From: a virus
Length of the DNA: 32,301 bases
Virus record (IMG/VR): IMGVR_UViG_3300006100_000043
Direction: 5' to 3' (one strand)
Part shown: positions 1 to 8,093 of the stretch, one piece after another
Layout of the letters: the number at the start of each line of letters is the position of its first letter
Position numbering within the stretch: the stretch's first letter is position 1
Made by a program: the position numbers and the translations under genes
The notes under the pieces: generated by a model
The model's input: the letters and a program-made list of their open reading frames with translations, nothing else
Told to the model about the DNA's origin: nothing
Database searches by the model: none

Positions 1-120
1 GGTGTCGACGTACTCCCCGTTATCGTACTTGCGCACAGGGGCAGTTGACTTCCGGCACCACATCTGCTCATCTTCATTGATGAGGTAGACGGAACCGCTG
101 ATCGTTGTTACTTCCTTCAT
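1..120 (-). CDS. Hypothetical protein, 5' end only (start codon at 118-120; gene continues off the left edge)
   Basis: Reverse complement of 1-120 is an open frame MKEVTTISGSVYLINEDEQMWCRKSTAPVRKYDNGEYVDT with no stop. AAGGAGGA sits immediately upstream (plus 124-131 reverse-complemented). Too short to appear in the supplied ORF track. Confidence 0.45.
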   Translation of the reverse strand, partial: MKEVTTISGSVYLINEDEQMWCRKSTAPVRKYDNGEYVDT

Positions 121-157
121 GTGTCCTCCTTAAGGACTGTTGGGTTTGGGTACTGCG

Positions 158-208
158 TGCCCACCCAGGGGATCGAACCCTGAACATCGTCGCCATATGA
201 CGATGAGC
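158..208 (-). other. tRNA-like minihelix / truncated tRNA remnant (T-arm plus acceptor stem, no D-arm)
   Basis: Minus-strand sequence gctcatc-gtcatatggcgac-gatgtt-cagggTTCGATCccctg-ggtgggc-a. It has a perfect canonical T-arm (GGTTCGATCC type), a 7-bp acceptor pairing (2 G-U) and a single 4-bp/7-nt-loop hairpin where D and anticodon arms would be. At 51 nt it is too short for a functional tRNA. Confidence 0.2.
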
Positions 209-223
209 CACCGTAGTTGACGC

Positions 224-346
224 CTACTTACGTTTGCCGCCACGCAGCATGGGCTTCAGCTTGACTGGCCTGGCCGCACGCGACGTGTTCGCGCCAGCTG
301 TCAAGGAACTCCCCTTGAAGCCTTTGTACACGACGTTACGCTTCAT
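224..346 (-). CDS. Small basic protein (40 aa), hypothetical
   Basis: Minus-strand ORF MKRNVVYKGFKGSSLTAGANTSRAARPVKLKPMLRGGKRK. GGAGG lies 6 nt upstream of the ATG (plus 353-357 reverse-complemented); stop TAG is at plus 224-226. Lys/Arg-rich. Confidence 0.4.
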   Translation of the reverse strand: MKRNVVYKGFKGSSLTAGANTSRAARPVKLKPMLRGGKRK

Positions 347-359
347 ATGCATCCTCCTT

Positions 360-722
360 TCTTGGTGTTAGAGAGAACAAGACCATGGCAACCCCTCGAG
401 TTGCAGGACTTACATCCAAGACCTAGCTAGATCTTCATAATCTCTGAGACTTTTCTTCTCTGTTCTCTTATATAGGCTTAAAATGGGATGGCAAGTTTTG
501 CCATTTCCAGAACTAAAGGGTTTTCGAGGGACCCTAATATGGGACCCTAATCCTGGGGAAAAGTCGACTTTAAAAAAATCGCGGGGGGCCCATAGGGAAT
601 TTCCTAGCGCATAAGTAGGTATTATAAAAAACGGCCGGAGGCCCCCGCCTCATAATGTAAAACGTAGTGTTTCTTGGTATAGGTGGTGACGATTGTTTCT
701 AACCCCCTATGAGAGGTACACT
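360..722. promoter_or_regulatory. Divergent intergenic control region between leftward and rightward gene sets
   Basis: About 330 bp non-coding between minus-strand start (346) and plus-strand start (723). Contains a 17-nt palindrome ATGGCAAgttTTGCCAT (488-504), two 11-bp direct repeats GGGACCCTAAT (528-538, 541-551), A/T-rich stretches with TATAAT-like hexamers (cataat 650-655, tatata ~470), and a GC hairpin ggcc-gga-ggcc (~632-642). That hairpin is followed by a T5 run on the minus strand. Confidence 0.4.
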
Positions 723-1127
723 ATGCCATTTATTCCAGAATTTCTGTCGCCACAAGAAATCAGAAGACAAATTACTGCCAATCAGGAATCTTTTGGGTCA
801 AATGATCCACAGCGTCCGCTTCGGCCCGAAGAGCACGATGCATTGGTTGCTTACCACTCAAGTGAAAGAGAACGTCACACGAACGTTGCCGAGGCAAACT
901 CTCACGACCGTAATTACTCTTCTTACCACCGTGCTGCGGCCGCTGGCCACGAAGTAGCTGACCCCAGAAGAACTCTGAAGCCCCGTTCCCTTGCAGAACA
1001 GAAGCAACTTACTCAGCAGGCCCAAACAGCATCTAGCAAAGCAGACAACATGCTGCCTGAGCCTGTTGAGCCATCTCCTAACTGGATTACTGAACTCCCT
1101 ACCTGGCAATCGGGTCGTCACCAATGA
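723..1127 (+). CDS. Hypothetical protein (134 aa)
   Basis: ATG at 723 preceded by GAGAGG 8 nt upstream. The track ORF 693..1127 begins with TTG, so the internal ATG is preferred. Stop TGA overlaps the next start (ATGA). Confidence 0.6.
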   Translation: MPFIPEFLSPQEIRRQITANQESFGSNDPQRPLRPEEHDALVAYHSSERERHTNVAEANSHDRNYSSYHRAAAAGHEVADPRRTLKPRSLAEQKQLTQQAQTASSKADNMLPEPVEPSPNWITELPTWQSGRHQ

Positions 1128-1516
1128 ACTGGGATCAACGTTATAAGGAAGCCGGTATTAAGGACTGGGCTGACAGAAAACGTACCAAGAAGGTTACTGA
1201 AGAGTGGCGTGAATACCAACGAGCCGATGAACGCAATGAAGTAAAAGAAAGAGTCGGTGAACACGAACGTATGGCAGGTACCCATTTTGCCATCTTCAAC
1301 CAGAATGATGATCCTGCCCACGAATGGGCAGCACAATTTCACATGCACGCACGCCAAGCGTATGACGCGTTAGGCTCGCATTTAGCAAATCCTCATCCCG
1401 ATCGCGTCCAAGATTCAATGATGAGAATACAACTAGGTGGTCTTGCAACTATGCTAGGAGATATGGCCAACGATCAAACACGGCGACTGATTCATGGTGA
1501 AGACTACGACGAATAG
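1124..1516 (+). CDS. Hypothetical protein (130 aa), acidic/basic mixed
   Basis: ATG embedded in ATGA overlap with the upstream stop; uninterrupted 130-codon frame. Confidence 0.6.
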   Translation: MNWDQRYKEAGIKDWADRKRTKKVTEEWREYQRADERNEVKERVGEHERMAGTHFAIFNQNDDPAHEWAAQFHMHARQAYDALGSHLANPHPDRVQDSMMRIQLGGLATMLGDMANDQTRRLIHGEDYDE

Positions 1517-1563
1517 ATAGTATGGCAAAACCCTTGAAATATAAGGTAAACTATTTGCGGGCG

Positions 1564-1579
1564 GACCCCATTCGGGGTC
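1564..1579 (+). other. GC-rich stem-loop (GACCCC-ATTC-GGGGTC) 8 nt upstream of the next start codon
   Basis: Perfect 6-bp GC stem with a tetraloop; no downstream T-run. It sits inside a 20-codon mini-ORF (1522..1584). Confidence 0.25.
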
Positions 1580-1586
1580 GATAACA

Positions 1587-2495
1587 ATGGCCACCCGCGC
1601 CGCCGAAACGAGAGACATGATCAACAGAACAGCAAAACGAAACTATATGTATGATACTCCAGCGTGGGATAACTACATTAATTCGGTTGACAGTTTCCAA
1701 AACAAAATTACTCCTAATATAGAGCCGGGTCCTTCTTCTCCACTCCCCGCGCCGGTCCCCGGACGCAGCGAACCACTCGCCGCCGCCATGCAAAACTTTG
1801 ACCTTTGGCAAGACTATCAAAGAAGTTTGGGTCCTGAAAAAAAAGTAAGAGCCGTTAATCCCGTGCAGCTTGATCCTTCACAAGTAGCATATCCTCAACT
1901 GCAGCCTGGCAGTATGATCAATCTATTGCCACCTGGACAAGTTCCTCCGAGCCCCGCAGCACCGTTTGTATTCGCTCCAAAAATTAATGAAACTACTGGT
2001 GAGTGGGAACGCAATCCAGTCATTAACTGGGCTGATGGAGAAAGAGGCTTTGTGAACATTGGAGAACGCCAATATTGTGCCGATCACGTAATAGAACCAG
2101 AGCTTAGTGAGGTTATCCGACTTGGCGAAGACAGCGGCTTTCAAGCTTTGCCGTTTAAGAATGCAGAGGGCAAGCCAATTTGCACTGATTGTTTTACTCG
2201 CATCAAGAATTTTGATGATCAAATGAAACCTATCATGAATGGCGAAAAACAAAAAGTATATCCAAAGGGTCACCCAAGAGCAGGTGAAACTATGTTCGAG
2301 TACAAGCAACATTGCGACAACTGCAGAATGATTGGGCCACTTACCAATACAGACTTGACCGGCAAAGAAAAACTTTGCAGATCATGCTTTGCTGATACAC
2401 AAGGGTTTATTCCGGAGCGATTGGATCTTGGAGATCGCATCGCAGTGGCAACGTCAAAACTCATGGACAAACTAACGCTAGGCAAGATGAGATAA
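1587..2495 (+). CDS. Hypothetical protein (302 aa) with C-terminal CxxC...CxxC zinc-ribbon-like motifs
   Basis: Long ORF. Cys pairs CTDCF...(~40 aa)...CDNCR...(~20 aa)...CRSCF. Confidence 0.7.
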   Translation: MATRAAETRDMINRTAKRNYMYDTPAWDNYINSVDSFQNKITPNIEPGPSSPLPAPVPGRSEPLAAAMQNFDLWQDYQRSLGPEKKVRAVNPVQLDPSQVAYPQLQPGSMINLLPPGQVPPSPAAPFVFAPKINETTGEWERNPVINWADGERGFVNIGERQYCADHVIEPELSEVIRLGEDSGFQALPFKNAEGKPICTDCFTRIKNFDDQMKPIMNGEKQKVYPKGHPRAGETMFEYKQHCDNCRMIGPLTNTDLTGKEKLCRSCFADTQGFIPERLDLGDRIAVATSKLMDKLTLGKMR

Positions 2496-2497
2496 GA

Positions 2498-3958
2498 ATG
2501 ACAACATATAATAGCAAGAGACATGGAAGAAAGAAGTTTAACGCATTGCGTTACGCTGGGATTAAGGATTTTATTGCTCGACCAGTAAAGCGTTTGTACC
2601 CAATGCGTGGATCAGGCATGGAGGGTTGGTCACAAATCGACTCCGATCCTGAAACTTTCTTGAGAGACAGAGACCAGAAGACACTGGCAGAAGTTTACAT
2701 TCACGGTTGCAATGGTGAACCAGTAACAAAAACTGACGCAAACGGCGAAGTAACCACAGTGAAGAACCCTGATGGCACCATCAAGCGCAATTGCAGAAAC
2801 CGTGCATGCGGTGGAACATTCCAAGGAGTTGCTGCAAATCCATCATCTATCAACATTCCTGCTGCACAAATCATGGGTATTCACATCCAGCCAGGTGATT
2901 CTGGAACTCTTCACTACGAAGGTGATAAATGCGAAGGCCATCACTATGGTACAAGCCCAGCAAGAAACTTGCCGACTGCTGCAGAATACGCAGATCTTCC
3001 CATTATTTACCAAGGTCACGAAGGCGAAGAACTTACAATCAACGAACTCCTGATGAACGCCAACACTGCACCGCTTGGTACAGATGAAGAAGGAAGAACG
3101 TTGTTCGCAGGAAGCATGGGTGTTGACAAGAGAACAGGCGCTGAACTGCGTGAAGAACCAATCAAGAGAATTGGTACTGCTGCAATGAACAACGCGACTG
3201 CAATGACAAGACTGGCAGAGCAGGGTGTAACAGATGTTGAGCCTTATTGGCAAGCTGCTTTGGATACTGCTCACCAAGAGTACAGAACCAAAGAAAGAGA
3301 AGTTGTCCCAGGCAGCGATTCTGAGCGTTTAGTTGGTGTAAGTGAAAGCGCTCCTGAAAGATTGCCGCTTCATACCGTTACCAACCGATCATTCCAGAAC
3401 GTTCGCAACTCACCAATGGTGCAATTGAACATTGCCGAGCTCCACAGAAGAGGGACAGAAGACCCTTGCACTCGTGATGAGAGCTGTAAGGGTTGTCACT
3501 CTATGCGTCGAGGCAGAATGCTGTGGGATAAGCTCAAGACTTCAAGTTTTGTTCAAGCATTTACGCCGCACCACGCTTGGGATGAAACTGCTGAACCAAT
3601 GAATCACGTATATGACGTGCAAGATCTTGAACAATTGGCACGAAGCAAAGATCCTGCTGTACAATCAGCGTATTTCCACGCATTCCCAGACTACTTGCCA
3701 AGCGTTGACAAGAACATGAGTGAGCTTGGAGCTGTAGGTAAGAAGGCTCCAGTAGGTTCATTCTGGAATTCATTGTCTGTTCGCAACCTTATTCAGGATG
3801 CTGTTACTGATATCCAACGACGTAAGAAGAAAAGATACGTTGGTAGAGAACCGGTTTGGCAACCGGAATACGAACCAGGTATCGATATGGATGCACTTCG
3901 TCAAAAAGCTGAAACACCTGAGAATTTCCAGAGTGTTCAAGAATTTGAAAAATATTAG
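2498..3958 (+). CDS. Hypothetical protein (486 aa)
   Basis: Long ORF starting 3 nt after the upstream stop; no recognisable catalytic motifs. Confidence 0.75.
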   Translation: MTTYNSKRHGRKKFNALRYAGIKDFIARPVKRLYPMRGSGMEGWSQIDSDPETFLRDRDQKTLAEVYIHGCNGEPVTKTDANGEVTTVKNPDGTIKRNCRNRACGGTFQGVAANPSSINIPAAQIMGIHIQPGDSGTLHYEGDKCEGHHYGTSPARNLPTAAEYADLPIIYQGHEGEELTINELLMNANTAPLGTDEEGRTLFAGSMGVDKRTGAELREEPIKRIGTAAMNNATAMTRLAEQGVTDVEPYWQAALDTAHQEYRTKEREVVPGSDSERLVGVSESAPERLPLHTVTNRSFQNVRNSPMVQLNIAELHRRGTEDPCTRDESCKGCHSMRRGRMLWDKLKTSSFVQAFTPHHAWDETAEPMNHVYDVQDLEQLARSKDPAVQSAYFHAFPDYLPSVDKNMSELGAVGKKAPVGSFWNSLSVRNLIQDAVTDIQRRKKKRYVGREPVWQPEYEPGIDMDALRQKAETPENFQSVQEFEKY

Positions 3959-3968
3959 AATAACATCC

Positions 3969-3997
3969 TTGACAGGGCTTTTTTCTCCTTATATAAA
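3969..3997 (+). promoter_or_regulatory. Consensus sigma70-type promoter TTGACA-N17-TATAAA
   Basis: ttgaca at 3969-3974, exact 17-nt spacer, tataaa at 3992-3997. Lies in an AT-rich ~230-bp gap immediately after a stop codon; downstream genes are on the same strand. Confidence 0.55.
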
Positions 3998-4012
3998 TAA
4001 AAGGACAATCTC

Positions 4013-4180
4013 GTGAATAACAAATGCAAATGTATTGGCTGTGAAACACAAAATTACTACGATAACGTACGTAAATGTGACAAAGAAAACTGCAAATGTA
4101 GCAGTTACGTCTATAAAACACCGGATTTAAGCATAAATAGCAGTTATCTTGGCAAATTTCCTGTCATAGTTAGTGAATAA
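4013..4180 (+). CDS. Small Cys-rich protein (55 aa, GTG start), putative zinc-binding
   Basis: Frame opens after TAA 3998-4000. AAGGAC sits 6 nt upstream of GTG 4013. Translation VNNKCKCIGCETQNYYDNVRKCDKENCKCSSYVYKTPDLSINSSYLGKFPVIVSE has 7 Cys in CxC/CxxC/CxC clusters. Absent from the ORF track because it is under 60 aa with a non-ATG start. Confidence 0.35.
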   Translation: MNNKCKCIGCETQNYYDNVRKCDKENCKCSSYVYKTPDLSINSSYLGKFPVIVSE

Positions 4181-4186
4181 AACGCC

Positions 4187-4609
4187 ATGACAGTCGAAAA
4201 ACATGATCAAAACATCACTCATCGCTACCAAATTCACTATCCGGAGCATCCAGAGAGGGAAAATGACCCTCATTACGTGGATTTTAACCATTTTCGGCAA
4301 AAAACCAAGGCCACTGCTCAGTGTTCTGTCGGTTTACACCGTAATGACTTCAGCGAATGTGATCTAGAACACCCATTGGAGCTTCATCACTCGCACGTAG
4401 AGTTTTCTCTGCAGAACGGAGTCGATCTTAAGTGGCTAGAAACAGATTATCCCGGCATTTCGAACCCAGAAGCCGTAGGCGCGTGGGTAGAGAGCGCAAA
4501 AAACTTGGAATGGTTGTGCCTATTCCACCATCGGGGCCATGGTGGAGTACACACGGCGGCAGCTAGCGACTATGAAGCTGAAAAATACGTACGAGGATTA
4601 ATACAATGA
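4187..4609 (+). CDS. HNH endonuclease-like protein (140 aa)
   Basis: Motif order C(46)...C(58)-DLEHPLELHHSHV ... N ... NLEWLCLFHHRGH. This matches the HNH signature [DE]xHH...N...NLxxLCxxCH. It is the first gene after the consensus promoter. Confidence 0.6.
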   Translation: MTVEKHDQNITHRYQIHYPEHPERENDPHYVDFNHFRQKTKATAQCSVGLHRNDFSECDLEHPLELHHSHVEFSLQNGVDLKWLETDYPGISNPEAVGAWVESAKNLEWLCLFHHRGHGGVHTAAASDYEAEKYVRGLIQ

Positions 4610-4938
4610 GAACGTTTAATTCAAAAGAAGCAAATACTGGTGCCATTCTTCATGATCTATATAAAGCAATTTGGCCAGAAGGTCCAAAAACTATGGGAAG
4701 CGATGTATCTAAAGCATCAGAGATCGCAACAAACCCAGACAAACGTCAGCACGCAAAAGATAGTCTTGAAAGCTTAAAAACGCTGCCTGGTTTAATTAAT
4801 GTGTATGCTAAAGACAAGGTAAATCGCATTAAGAATAGACTAAAAGGTTTAACGCCAGAAGGTCTTGATCCTGACACTGGTATGCTTCCCAACAATGGTG
4901 CTGATGATGCCGATGACGACACTACGACAGATGAGTAA
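4606..4938 (+). CDS. Hypothetical protein (110 aa), acidic C-terminus
   Basis: ATGA overlap with the HNH gene stop; C-terminal DDADDDTTTDE. Confidence 0.6.
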   Translation: MRTFNSKEANTGAILHDLYKAIWPEGPKTMGSDVSKASEIATNPDKRQHAKDSLESLKTLPGLINVYAKDKVNRIKNRLKGLTPEGLDPDTGMLPNNGADDADDDTTTDE

Positions 4939-6040
4939 AATGAAAAAAACAAGCGCAATTTCTAGAGATGAAGCCCTCAAACTTGCTCATAACATGCGCA
5001 AGAGGATTGATTTCTTTACAGAAAACCCAACAGCAATCAATGAAGCTGATTTTAAGAAACTCAGTGACACATATGATAGTCTGCGTGAACAGCATCGCAT
5101 CACTGACGATGATCTAGACGGTACTCCTGCTCCTAAGAAAGAGATAAGACCGACCAGCACTGAACCAGTTGATCTTGAACAAGCATATTATTCACAACCT
5201 GAAGTTCAAGAAGAAGAAGAAATGAACCGCGCTAATGGCCTTGACAGAAATAGCGATTTTGCTTTGCCATTTAAAATAGGTTACAACTTTGAAACTGGTC
5301 AGATCGATAGAGCCGGTCTTTTTAAAACAATTTCAGAACGCAAAGCAGCATTTGATAACAAACATTACGAAGGTGTTGACCCATCAATATTTCCTGACAT
5401 TCGAGAAGCAGAAGCAATGGGCATAAATCCCCAAACTTACATTAGAGCAAGAAGTATTGGTGCATCACACGATTATTTGACACAAGCGCATGTGATGAGT
5501 CTAAGACCACACACTATCCAGCTGGATTCCACTCCTTTGAATTCAGAAAGAGAGGGAATTGGCAAAATTCAATTCTCGGAAACCCCGGTTGGTGAAGCTG
5601 TTAAAAATTATATTGGCTATATGGAAGCAAACGGAACGCCAATGTACACAAGAAGCGAGAGCACTGACATTGAGCCAGCTTCAGGGTTTACTCCTATTCG
5701 TTTTGCTTGCATCAGACCTTTTCACGCAGGTTTGGCTGAGCAAAAGGGTGTTACCGTTGGTGAATTGACAGATGCATGGCACAATAACGGTTTTCACCCG
5801 TTGGCGCAATACAGCAGTGATCACACATTGCCAATTACAAAATATATTGTTGCACGTGACATGGGAATTGACCACCAAACCACTAGAAGACTGCTTTCAA
5901 GCGTACAACACATACCACTTGACAGTTTTAAGGGTCTGATGATCAAAGGACACTCGCCAGAAGAAATTCTGGGTGGTGCTACCAAATTTAAGCAGTTTGA
6001 GATGCCACAATCCCAAGAAAACCCGCAAATTGGTGAATAA
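4931..6040 (+). CDS. Hypothetical protein (~370 aa)
   Basis: Track ORF 4865..6040. I prefer the in-frame ATG at 4931 (MSKMKK...), which overlaps the upstream stop (ATGAGTAA); ATG 4940 is also possible. Confidence 0.65.
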   Translation: MSKMKKTSAISRDEALKLAHNMRKRIDFFTENPTAINEADFKKLSDTYDSLREQHRITDDDLDGTPAPKKEIRPTSTEPVDLEQAYYSQPEVQEEEEMNRANGLDRNSDFALPFKIGYNFETGQIDRAGLFKTISERKAAFDNKHYEGVDPSIFPDIREAEAMGINPQTYIRARSIGASHDYLTQAHVMSLRPHTIQLDSTPLNSEREGIGKIQFSETPVGEAVKNYIGYMEANGTPMYTRSESTDIEPASGFTPIRFACIRPFHAGLAEQKGVTVGELTDAWHNNGFHPLAQYSSDHTLPITKYIVARDMGIDHQTTRRLLSSVQHIPLDSFKGLMIKGHSPEEILGGATKFKQFEMPQSQENPQIGE

Positions 6041-6354
6041 TGGACTGGTTAGAACGTTACGCGATGGCAAAAGGGGACGACATCCCCACTTTGCTTGGCA
6101 AAATTAAGAATAACGCCAATACGTATTTTCCAAACGCTAACGCAGCACCACATCAATGGGTTGCTAGATATTCTATGACTGCAAAAGAACATGGTGCTGA
6201 AAACCATGAAGAACTTAGACAAGCTTGTTATAAGAATTCTGATGAAGCGCGTTGGATGGCACAAAACAAACACAAATCTTATTACTCACACACAAGAATG
6301 TGGTATGAGCTTGGAGACTTACATTCAAAAGCACAGATAGAGGCACAACAATGA
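6040..6354 (+). CDS. Hypothetical protein (104 aa)
   Basis: TAATG overlap start; ATGA overlap at its 3' end with the next gene. Confidence 0.65.
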   Translation: MDWLERYAMAKGDDIPTLLGKIKNNANTYFPNANAAPHQWVARYSMTAKEHGAENHEELRQACYKNSDEARWMAQNKHKSYYSHTRMWYELGDLHSKAQIEAQQ

Positions 6355-7079
6355 CAGACCGCATTATTGGTAAATTAGGTAAACTTGATCCTCGGAGACC
6401 CGCGGGGCTTCACGCACTCGCTTTTTATCAGCACAATCCTCTTCCTGCAGCCCCAAACAAGGTAGATGTTCCTCAAATAAACGATTGGGGAATGTTAGGA
6501 AATGACAAGTATGGGGATTGCACTTTTGCTGGTATTGTTCACGCCAGAATGGCTCACGCTGCTTTCTTGGGTATCGACGAGACCTTCCCCTCCGACACCG
6601 ATGTGGAGAACGCGTACCTTTCTTATACTGGAGGAAAAGATCAAGGAGCAGTAGAGGCCGATCTTCTCAAATACTGGCAAAACAACGAATTGTTCGGAAA
6701 GAAGCTTGCAGCTTTCGCTCCTACAGATCATGCTGACCAGGATGAGCTTCGTAGCGTTATTTCGTCGTATGGACTTGCGTACATTGGTGTACAGCTCCCC
6801 GTTACGTTCCAAGAGCAATTCATCAACAACCAACCATGGGATCTTACGGGTACTCCTGCAGATAATCAGATCGAAGGTGGCCATTGCGTCATTCTTGTTG
6901 GATATGATAAAGATCATGCACAATGTATAACATGGGGTAAAGTGCAACAGATTACGTGGAGATGGCTGCAAAGCTACATGGAAGAGAGCTGGGCTCTCAT
7001 CACTCCAGAGATTGCCGGAAAGGGTCTCTATGGCGATCTTCGCTTGGACACCCTAATTGCTGACCTTAAGGAACTATAA
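6351..7079 (+). CDS. Papain-like / transglutaminase-like Cys-His peptidase domain protein (242 aa)
   Basis: Candidate nucleophile in YGDCTFAG (G-x-C-x-x-F-A motif). Candidate catalytic His in GGHCVILVGYDKD, resembling the papain DHAVAAVGY region. Cys precedes His (non-permuted). Confidence 0.6.
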   Translation: MTDRIIGKLGKLDPRRPAGLHALAFYQHNPLPAAPNKVDVPQINDWGMLGNDKYGDCTFAGIVHARMAHAAFLGIDETFPSDTDVENAYLSYTGGKDQGAVEADLLKYWQNNELFGKKLAAFAPTDHADQDELRSVISSYGLAYIGVQLPVTFQEQFINNQPWDLTGTPADNQIEGGHCVILVGYDKDHAQCITWGKVQQITWRWLQSYMEESWALITPEIAGKGLYGDLRLDTLIADLKEL

Positions 7080-8092
7080 TGGCTACAATCCCAAAGAGAA
7101 TGAGTGAGCTGCTGGAAGAGCAGAAATATGCCAGTGGATTGGCAAGTGGTCTTAACGATTTTGCGCTTGGATCAGATGCGGTTGCAGCTGCTCAAGGTGG
7201 CCTAGACCCTGTATCTGACGTAGAAGCAGGAGCAGCAGATGTTGCTGCAGGTGCAGTAGACGTTGGTGAAGCAGCTGCTCCAGAGGTTGAATCCTTGGCA
7301 AGCAAGGCATGGAGTGGTATTAAAGGATTGTTTGGTGATGGCGGTGCTTCAACCACCGCAGATACAGCAACGACTACCGCAGATACAGCGTCTACAGCTG
7401 GTTCAGGTCTTTACGATGCAGCTGGTAAAGAAATTCCTTCAACATTAGGAAATTCTGCAGAAACTGGTACTGGTTCTACCGGTGGTAGCATGTGGAGCAA
7501 ACTCAAGGGACTTGGTCAAGCTGCTGGTGGTGGTGTAGCCGGTGGTCTTGCAGACAGAGTTAAGAATTACGTTTCAAATGGTAATAGCAGCTCATCAGTT
7601 CCTGCAACAATGGGGCCATACGGTGGAGCCGGTGGTGGTGGCGCTGCTGTACGCATTGGGCCTATGCTTGGTAGCAAGGAAGCCAACGCTGGCATGGAAC
7701 AACAGATTTTGCAACAATTGTCACAACAGTCAAAGCTTCTTGACATGGTTCTTGAAGTGTTGTGCGGATGTGGTCAGCCAACAGCAGGTAACTACAAGGG
7801 AATGCCACACTGTGTTCCAGGAACTGGCTGTGCAACCAACATTGCTTTCTCAAAATCAAATCCAACTGGTGAAAACTGCTGCAGTTGCGGCAACCCAGAT
7901 GCAGCGGGTGCATTCCAGGGTCAACCTATTTGTGCACCTGGTCAAGGTTGTAACGATCACTGGGAGCTTGGAAAGGGTCGCAAGTGGAACCCATTCATGG
8001 AATCTCCACAAGAGAAGATCCAAGATCACGACAATTGGGCTAGCCAGACCAATCACGGTGAAACAGAGATGCCAAAGACCACGTGGGAATAG
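7079..8092 (+). CDS. Gly/Ala/Thr-rich protein with duplicated Cys-knuckle C-terminus (337 aa)
   Basis: N-terminal 200 aa are low-complexity G/A/S/T. The C-terminus contains CGCGQP...HCVPGTGC and CCSCGNP...ICAPGQGC, a duplicated CxPGxGC module. Confidence 0.7.
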   Translation: MATIPKRMSELLEEQKYASGLASGLNDFALGSDAVAAAQGGLDPVSDVEAGAADVAAGAVDVGEAAAPEVESLASKAWSGIKGLFGDGGASTTADTATTTADTASTAGSGLYDAAGKEIPSTLGNSAETGTGSTGGSMWSKLKGLGQAAGGGVAGGLADRVKNYVSNGNSSSSVPATMGPYGGAGGGGAAVRIGPMLGSKEANAGMEQQILQQLSQQSKLLDMVLEVLCGCGQPTAGNYKGMPHCVPGTGCATNIAFSKSNPTGENCCSCGNPDAAGAFQGQPICAPGQGCNDHWELGKGRKWNPFMESPQEKIQDHDNWASQTNHGETEMPKTTWE

Positions 8093-8093
8093 C

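Noticed and set aside
483-623. 46-codon plus-strand ORF (MGWQVLPFPELKGFRGTLIWDPNPGEKSTLKKSRGAHREFPSA) inside the divergent intergenic region
   Set aside because: No ribosome-binding site. It spans the palindrome and direct repeats that look regulatory, so it is more likely non-coding.
617-655. Plus-strand intrinsic terminator at cggccggaggcccccgcc
   Set aside because: No downstream T-run on the plus strand. The only T5 run is on the minus strand, so any terminator function would be leftward and weak (4-bp stem).
693-722. Track start 693 for the first rightward gene
   Set aside because: Position 693 is TTG. The ATG at 723 has a GAGAGG Shine-Dalgarno at the right spacing, so it is preferred.
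709-957. 82-aa ORF overlapping gene 723..1127 in another frame
   Set aside because: Fully embedded in a longer ORF that has the better start context; typical alternative-frame noise.
3959-3990. Terminator after gene 2498..3958 (T6 run at 3978-3984)
   Set aside because: No stable GC hairpin precedes the T-run. The T-run falls inside the spacer of the sigma70-like promoter instead.
7542-8093. 5' extension of track ORF 7542..8987 (481 aa)
   Set aside because: The extension runs through gene 7079..8092 in a different frame. The natural start is ATG 8094 immediately after the upstream stop.
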